A program made the position numbers and the translations under genes. From positions 1,641 through 65,640 of the IMG/VR virus record IMGVR_UViG_3300020452_000320: a DNA stretch of 64,000 bases. One strand, given 5' to 3'. Of this stretch, positions 59,401 through 64,000 are shown piece by piece (position 1 is the first letter of the stretch; each line of letters opens with the position of its first letter). The notes under the pieces were generated by a model. The model did no database searches. It was not told where the DNA came from and saw only the letters and a list, made by a program, of their open reading frames with translations. This DNA comes from a virus. Taxonomy: Duplodnaviria > Caudoviricetes.

Positions 59401-60254
59401 AATGGATCTGGTGATGGTAAAGTTGCATTTGTTGTTGTTGTATATGAATAAGTTGGTTTGTAAGGCGTAGATTTTTTAAAGACGAGTTTACTTTCACTTT
59501 CGTTTGCACCATAATTGCCAAATGCAATTTTATCTGTTCCATTTGTTTCTACTCTTGCTGAGTTGGAGCCAATTGACATTCCACCAATATTTTGAATGTA
59601 TGTTTTCACAGCTGTGCTATTTCCAGTTTCGGTAGTTATCGCTCCATATATACGACCATTGGGATTTGAAGAACTATGATAATATCCACTGGCTGATGCA
59701 TCAATTGCTGTAGAAGGCCATGGATCAATTTTTATTGTTTGGGATGCCATCACATCATGGGTGGTAACAGTTGGAATACTTCCACCAGCAACAACTATAG
59801 AACCAGATGGTGGATGAAAACAAAAATCATTAGCTATGGCTGATGAATTTCCATTAGGCAAACCACTTTGAGTAAGCATATTATAAAAAAATCCAGGCTC
59901 TGGTGCTAAAGTTCTAGAATTAAATCTCATTAATATATCAGTTTTGTTTGTGCCTGTATTAGAATGAGTACTAGTTAAATCTGTCTGACCTACAAGATAA
60001 ACAAAACCATCATCCCCTAAGGCTACTGATGTTACGCCTTGTGGATAACCAATAGTATATCCTAAACCATTTGTTTCAGCTGCATCAAAATAAACCCCAG
60101 TACTTGCAAAATTTGTGCCGTGTTTTATTTCGCCACTATTCATATCTACAGAACTTAATCTTGCATAGTTATTAGCAGAATGAGTAAAGAAATATGTTAG
60201 ATCACCAACATTCTGTCCAGCGGCAGCATTTATTAATTTCATCATCATACTCAT
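56415..60254 (-). CDS. Large putative receptor-binding protein (RBP1, possible beta-propellers)
   Basis: 1279 aa, G/S/N/T-rich; N-terminal MMKLINAAAG; lies between an adaptor and a chaperone. Confidence 0.65.
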   Translation of the reverse strand: MSMMMKLINAAAGQNVGDLTYFFTHSANNYARLSSVDMNSGEIKHGTNFASTGVYFDAAETNGLGYTIGYPQGVTSVALGDDGFVYLVGQTDLTSTHSNTGTNKTDILMRFNSRTLAPEPGFFYNMLTQSGLPNGNSSAIANDFCFHPPSGSIVVAGGSIPTVTTHDVMASQTIKIDPWPSTAIDASASGYYHSSSNPNGRIYGAITTETGNSTAVKTYIQNIGGMSIGSNSARVETNGTDKIAFGNYGANESESKLVFKKSTPYKPTYSYTTTTNATLPSPDPFTEMRGQNYPHGVTSNVTSWKATYTSGTIGGIRDMYYRPGNTSNNTPGQFIIVAGDGYFHILPEDGHKPVQYGKGYAGGGGSINRTMLSGEHSGILITRYLGSPNFSNTYDRNNTAFPDFTSTHSGAGVQILDIDRRNPNHYVSKHTGAADYYNNLGSQAQAALSADAVCELLPLANNPNNKHLETFVQTKSGRIFGITENESTTQISPHGGFRMHELYIGQPDANNFDRRSISWGDSIIVPGSLNSGTGIYYQTGGITGNISLNDKTFNDSRALGKTRWLDQGHSYMQDVPADTIYLRENTTIYAINPNTRSNITSNDFANQGAHALNTGHSLINPNANLTAQTGVSGGGSVDKRKFFPSITFSEGANTSIVTNSSPISHDVGYDRVGDTTFDMIYGDDSRVYLALKATVYNGSYHTLASCHTLIRFHTGTDGTELVAGVTGPHPHKINDMKLADSAGANPNYTYPQHREMYWYGLFSGHTNVDSGGWGGNNYAGYTAVNNAGDTGFWSEVNLVYDNKRDNVICVGRRDFNSGDSYNFQQVTNTATPNAIFSRVVAVPANSMSSLRVGNMHSGSAWPGTDYSLPSSTGANSTPRCAQDENYGAIYGGSGNWESAVNEANNVYLIPWCSSFNSSRPNGQEKHGILAGEVRNVTLNGKSTSVNQDIADPTLPNRGSQVYFSGMTIDGNTHPYDNSNGGYRQNHGGYPHGQNRIGALPSWGTGLGSSFGYNVAQYDSPGYGDSNTNHHTSIPPSAKADRLYHAQVKLKTSQTVTVSSDNNEEGIRCVWYYKGAFHGVTTYNEGTYVYMPEPEHTTANDNTNTVTHYVSQCESGQNSYNNVIGGSNTKIGTAEGCKNSDWAACVAPGGILCLPKQDSGYAKAGFLGINLGTKTILNTSSGSGQPFEAPSSVNPNNKQIKQMVVTSTGKIWAILDYENASASTLQFRILQVVFNSNYSSATWSGGLYTSQASNSNSGHVKFYRTVCGNMPQSKMEWDAV

Positions 60255-60264
60255 AGAGCTACTC

Positions 60265-61170
60265 CTATGGTGATGCTGGTGCTTTAATGTCTTGACCTAC
60301 AGTAAATCCGTATATGTTGGAAGAACCACCTGTTTTCATAAAGACAAATTGATCTATAGCTCCATTCGTAGATGAAAGAGTTGGTTTTTGTCCACCAGGC
60401 CAATGAACATTAGTTGGATAAACTACTGATTTTGCAGCACCAGAAGCAATTTGTTGTATTGTAAGTGTCCATATCATTGTTTCGGTTGCAGAAGAAGGAA
60501 CATTAGAAAATAAAATATCAGAATTTTGTGTTAATGTAACTTTGAAACTATTAGAGGTTGATAGATCTAAACTAAAATCATTTGTACCACCAGTATAAGA
60601 AACTGGAGCATGAACATCAACATATGATTTTGCCTTTACTTGTGATTGAAAATTATAATCAGTTGTCAAATCTAAAGATAAAGTTGGAGTTGCATTTTCT
60701 GGGCCTGCACCACCACTTTTAGTTATTGGACTATTAACAGCTAAACTTCCTACATACTGTCCAGTAGTATGAGTTCCCATAGTAATAGAATCGTTTGTAG
60801 GTGAATATGATATAGTTGCAGTAGATGCTTCTGATTGTGTATGAGATATACTAATACCAGAACCAGCAGCAACATTTACCATATAGTTACCAGTAGTATG
60901 AGTTCCTAATGTTATTGAATCATCTACAATTTGATCTGTACCTACAGAGTTATTTGCAAGTTTATCAATAGTTACACAATCATTTGCAAGGTCAGCAGTT
61001 AAGATTGTACCATCTAATATTTTATCTGTGGTTACAGCATTATTTGCAAGTTCATTTACTGTAACTGCATTGTTAGCAATATCCTCTGCGAGTACAATAT
61101 CCTGTGCAATCTTTGAAGATATAATTGCATTATCAGCAATACCACTTGTGTTAATTCTTGAAATTGGCAT
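60265..61170 (-). CDS. Fibre adaptor protein A1
   Basis: IAxNAVT repeats, ITLGTHTTG repeats, C-terminal LDLSTSNSF...WPGG...YGFTVGQD. Confidence 0.65.
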   Translation of the reverse strand: MPISRINTSGIADNAIISSKIAQDIVLAEDIANNAVTVNELANNAVTTDKILDGTILTADLANDCVTIDKLANNSVGTDQIVDDSITLGTHTTGNYMVNVAAGSGISISHTQSEASTATISYSPTNDSITMGTHTTGQYVGSLAVNSPITKSGGAGPENATPTLSLDLTTDYNFQSQVKAKSYVDVHAPVSYTGGTNDFSLDLSTSNSFKVTLTQNSDILFSNVPSSATETMIWTLTIQQIASGAAKSVVYPTNVHWPGGQKPTLSSTNGAIDQFVFMKTGGSSNIYGFTVGQDIKAPASP

Positions 61171-61173
61171 TTA

Positions 61174-61527
61174 TTATGTCCTCTCCATTACTCCTAGAAA
61201 TGCATCTATGGCAGTTCCAGTTCCAGCTCTTACCTTTAATATATCTCCTGCCTCCAACACATATTTTTGTCCACCTAAAACTTCTAATGTAGTATTTGCT
61301 GGAATACTTACATCTTCTAAAAGTTGTATTGTACCAGATGCACCACTATCAGAAACATCATCTATTTGAACTTTTACTGTAACAGCAGATGTTGTTTTGT
61401 TTGCAAGAGCAAGACCAAGAATAATCGCAGTATTACCAGAACTACTTGGTGCAGTATATAAACTATCATAATTACTACCTGTAGTAGTTACATCTTTTTT
61501 TATTGCATTTTTAAATGTGTTTGCCAT
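61174..61527 (-). CDS. 117-aa virion connector-like protein (paralogue 2)
   Basis: MANTFKN...IPANTTLEVLGGQKYVLEAGDILKV. Confidence 0.7.
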   Translation of the reverse strand: MANTFKNAIKKDVTTTGSNYDSLYTAPSSSGNTAIILGLALANKTTSAVTVKVQIDDVSDSGASGTIQLLEDVSIPANTTLEVLGGQKYVLEAGDILKVRAGTGTAIDAFLGVMERT

Positions 61528-61541
61528 TTTATTTTCCTATT

Positions 61542-62180
61542 TTATCCTAATGCTAGTGCTAAAGCTGTAGCTTCATCATCTGGATCAAATGCAAGGTCTG
61601 TTTTTGCAACAGTTCCATCTTGAATTTTTACTGATGTAATTGATCCGTCTGCAACTGTATTTATTACATTTGTCATAGCAACATCAAGTTGTAATACTTG
61701 AATATTATTTGTTCCAGTTGGTGGAGCACTTGTAAATGTAATAGTAGAACCACTTATTGCGTATGCATATGAAGCTCCATATCTTTGATAAACATTATCT
61801 ACGAAAACAATAAACCTACTTGCAGATGGAGCTCCTATTGGAGTTTTAGTTAAAGTAAATGCAGTTGCTGTTCCATCACCATTAAATTCGTCTATGTGTG
61901 GTGTTATTTCTCTTTGCGTTAATAATTGTTTACCCATGTAAACGATAAAAATTCTATGACTATTTCCAGGCGCTGAAGTAAAAGAAATACTTGATACTCC
62001 ACTAGCCGAACCTACTGTATAACCTACATCTGGTTCTAGTATAACTCCATTTACACTTACTAAAAGAGAGGCTGCAGAATTTACGACATGATCTAAATTG
62101 TATATACTATTAGTTCCATCACCAGTAAAAAACTGTTTTTCAAATGCACCATAGGAAGGTTGTGATCCGATATATGACAT
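61542..62180 (-). CDS. Virion structural protein with FxGDGT repeats
   Basis: MSYIGSQP N-terminus; FTGDGT/FNGDGT...FTSAP repeats; C-terminal EATALALALG. Confidence 0.7.
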   Translation of the reverse strand: MSYIGSQPSYGAFEKQFFTGDGTNSIYNLDHVVNSAASLLVSVNGVILEPDVGYTVGSASGVSSISFTSAPGNSHRIFIVYMGKQLLTQREITPHIDEFNGDGTATAFTLTKTPIGAPSASRFIVFVDNVYQRYGASYAYAISGSTITFTSAPPTGTNNIQVLQLDVAMTNVINTVADGSITSVKIQDGTVAKTDLAFDPDDEATALALALG

Positions 62181-62194
62181 TAAATTCTACCTCA

Positions 62195-62998
62195 CTATAT
62201 TTGATATCTTACTAATATTACTGCACTATTAGCTGGTGCAGAAGTAAAAGTTAATACATTACCACTAATTGCATAATCTGTGGTTGGTTTCATTGCATTT
62301 CCATTTACAAAAACAAATGCACTATTTGTTGGAACTCCAGAATTTGCTAATGTAAAAGTTGTATCAGTTCCATCTCCAGTAAAAGTATCTAATTGAAAAT
62401 CTGGTGCTCTGCGAATGATTGAACGAATTGCAAGATGTTTAATTTCTATTTCTGCACTATTATCTGGAGCTCCAGTAAATGTTAATGTATTTCCAGAAAG
62501 AGTAAAGTTTGTTGTTACTTTTTGCAAAATACCATCTACAAAAACTAAAATTGAATTTGCATTAGGTGGTGTTTCTGAAAGAGTATATGCAGTAGTTGAA
62601 CCATTGCCTGTAAATGTATCTGTAGTAAAAGATGTTAAGTTTGTTGCAAGTTCATTCGCACCTACAGATCCAGTTGGTGGTTTCATTGAAAATCCACCTA
62701 TTCCTCTATGAATTACATAAATTGCAGCTGCAGAGGCAACAGTTCCTTGAAAATTTAATATTTTAGGTTCATTAGATGCATTTGTTCTGATAACATATGC
62801 AACGTCTGGTTGTTGTATAACATGATCTAAAACAACCATAAGATTTTCTGCATTAGCGCCAGGAACTTCAGTAGTTAATTCATAAGAGTTTGCATGACCA
62901 TTTACTGTAGAAAGATTCGATCCACTAAAATCTTCTTTTAAAAAGTTTGGCGAAACTCTATTTACAAATGGAACTCCAATGTAAGAACTATCCGACAT
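62195..62998 (-). CDS. Virion structural protein with FTGxG repeats
   Basis: SYIGVP N-terminus; FTGNGSTTAYTL / FTGDGTDTTFTL...FTSAP. Confidence 0.7.
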   Translation of the reverse strand: MSDSSYIGVPFVNRVSPNFLKEDFSGSNLSTVNGHANSYELTTEVPGANAENLMVVLDHVIQQPDVAYVIRTNASNEPKILNFQGTVASAAAIYVIHRGIGGFSMKPPTGSVGANELATNLTSFTTDTFTGNGSTTAYTLSETPPNANSILVFVDGILQKVTTNFTLSGNTLTFTGAPDNSAEIEIKHLAIRSIIRRAPDFQLDTFTGDGTDTTFTLANSGVPTNSAFVFVNGNAMKPTTDYAISGNVLTFTSAPANSAVILVRYQI

Positions 62999-63351
62999 TA
63001 TGTAACACCCTCTAGTATTGATGCAACAACATCTATCGTATTAGCTGTTGCATACACTTTTATTTTATCTGCCTGATCTAAAACAATTTTTTGTCCAGAA
63101 ACAACCTTTAATGTTGATCCCACTGGTATTGGTGCATTCTTTACAATATGATATGATGGAGTACCAGATCCATTACTGTCCTCAATAAGAACTGTAGCAC
63201 TAACTGCACTAGCACCTGTGTTTGCAATATCAAGTTCTATTAAAATAGATTTAACATCACTGCTTCCATCATTAGAATTATACACAAGTGTAGGAGATGA
63301 ACTATTAGTGCTTACATTTGTTGCAAAAGCGTTTTTAAAATTATTTGCCAT
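62998..63351 (-). CDS. 117-aa virion connector-like protein (paralogue 3)
   Basis: MANNFKN...IVKNAPIPVGSTLKVVSGQKIVLDQADKIKV. Confidence 0.7.
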   Translation of the reverse strand: MANNFKNAFATNVSTNSSSPTLVYNSNDGSSDVKSILIELDIANTGASAVSATVLIEDSNGSGTPSYHIVKNAPIPVGSTLKVVSGQKIVLDQADKIKVYATANTIDVVASILEGVT

Positions 63352-63372
63352 AGTTTTTCGTTCCTTTTATCC

Positions 63373-63380
63373 TATTTATA
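63373..63380 (-). promoter_or_regulatory. T4 late promoter
   Basis: TATAAATA. Confidence 0.7.
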
Positions 63381-63384
63381 TTCA

Positions 63385-63774
63385 CTAACCAAGTGCAATA
63401 GACATTGCAATTGCAAACCCTTGATCTGCAACACCAGTACCGCTTATATTTCCATTTACTGTTAAGTTACCACTTACTGTTACATCATTAGGAAGTCCTA
63501 TCGTTAGAGTATCAGTTGCAGAAACAGTTGCTTCTATTTCATTTGCAGTTCCATTTACTGTAAGAGTAGTACCAGATTGAAGTGCTTGTGTGTTTGATCC
63601 ATCTGAAAGAGTAATTCCAGAATTTAATTGTGTTAATGCCTCAATAATATCTGTAGGACTATTACCACCTACATTTGGAAGATTAGCAATATCACCTACA
63701 TCAGTTGCAAGTTGATTAAATTCTACTCTCCATTCTTCAAAGGTAAATGAGGCTGGTGCGTTACGATCTGCCAT
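63385..63774 (-). CDS. Virion fibre-anchor-like protein
   Basis: TFEEWRVEFN N-terminus; C-terminal GFAIAMSIALG. Confidence 0.65.
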   Translation of the reverse strand: MADRNAPASFTFEEWRVEFNQLATDVGDIANLPNVGGNSPTDIIEALTQLNSGITLSDGSNTQALQSGTTLTVNGTANEIEATVSATDTLTIGLPNDVTVSGNLTVNGNISGTGVADQGFAIAMSIALG

Positions 63775-63998
63775 TATTCTTTATCCACTAATTTTAATAT
63801 GAGAGATTTGATTTCATGCATTTCACTTTTTAATGTATTAATTTCTCTTACTGCATCTCTCAATTGATCTTTTTCCATTTTCTTATTCTTCATAGTTTTC
63901 ATATAAGTATGATATGATGAACGACTTGTATTAATGATTGCACCACTAGATGTTTCTCTTACAAGTTCTCCATATCCTTCTACTTTAATTTTATCCAT
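63774..63998 (-). CDS. Small coiled-coil hypothetical protein
   Basis: KVEGYGELVRETSSGAIIN...EINTLKSEMHEIKSLI; TAATG coupling to the next gene. Confidence 0.7.
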   Translation of the reverse strand: MDKIKVEGYGELVRETSSGAIINTSRSSYHTYMKTMKNKKMEKDQLRDAVREINTLKSEMHEIKSLILKLVDKE

Positions 63999-64000
63999 TT

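Noticed and set aside
46627-60254. Diversity-generating retroelement or invertible tail-fibre switch
   Set aside because: No reverse transcriptase, adenine-specific TR/VR pair, invertase or inverted cassette is seen in the window
597-62711. Many short plus-strand ORFs in the six-frame track
   Set aside because: They are antisense shadows of well-supported minus-strand genes with no recognisable motifs; only 32816-33115 occupies its own space
1-64000. CRISPR array or alternative genetic code
   Set aside because: No regularly spaced repeats are seen, and core genes translate full-length in the standard code using TAA, TAG and TGA stops

Overview
This is a 64 kb AT-rich segment of a T4-like myovirus (Kyanoviridae/pelagimyophage-like gene order), with nearly all genes on the minus strand. 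The host is probably a marine alphaproteobacterium (inference). From left to right it holds the replication module (gp41, UvsX, gp43, RegA, gp62/44/45) with a MazG, GMP reductase, glycosyltransferase and DruA-like insert. Next come Hsp20, a sigma70-driven island (SF2 helicase-like, DUF932), a DNA methyltransferase, gp46/47/55, UvsW/UvsY, the head/tail genes gp3 and gp23 to gp13, and about 26 kb of modular tail-fibre genes. The most striking feature lies between gp23 and gp3: a catalytic-domain-only Asp/Asn-tRNA-synthetase-like gene followed 4 nt later by a chimeric tRNA. The tRNA has Asn signals (GUU, U1:A72, G73) on a Leu-type long-variable-arm body with U37, suggesting a phage-encoded orthogonal synthetase/tRNA pair. 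Other highlights are a ROSE-like RNA thermometer and RpoH-like promoter on hsp20, a candidate DNA-modification cassette, a structured uvsY leader, and repeated plug-and-socket motifs in the fibre genes. All calls come from reading motifs and synteny; no database searches were run.
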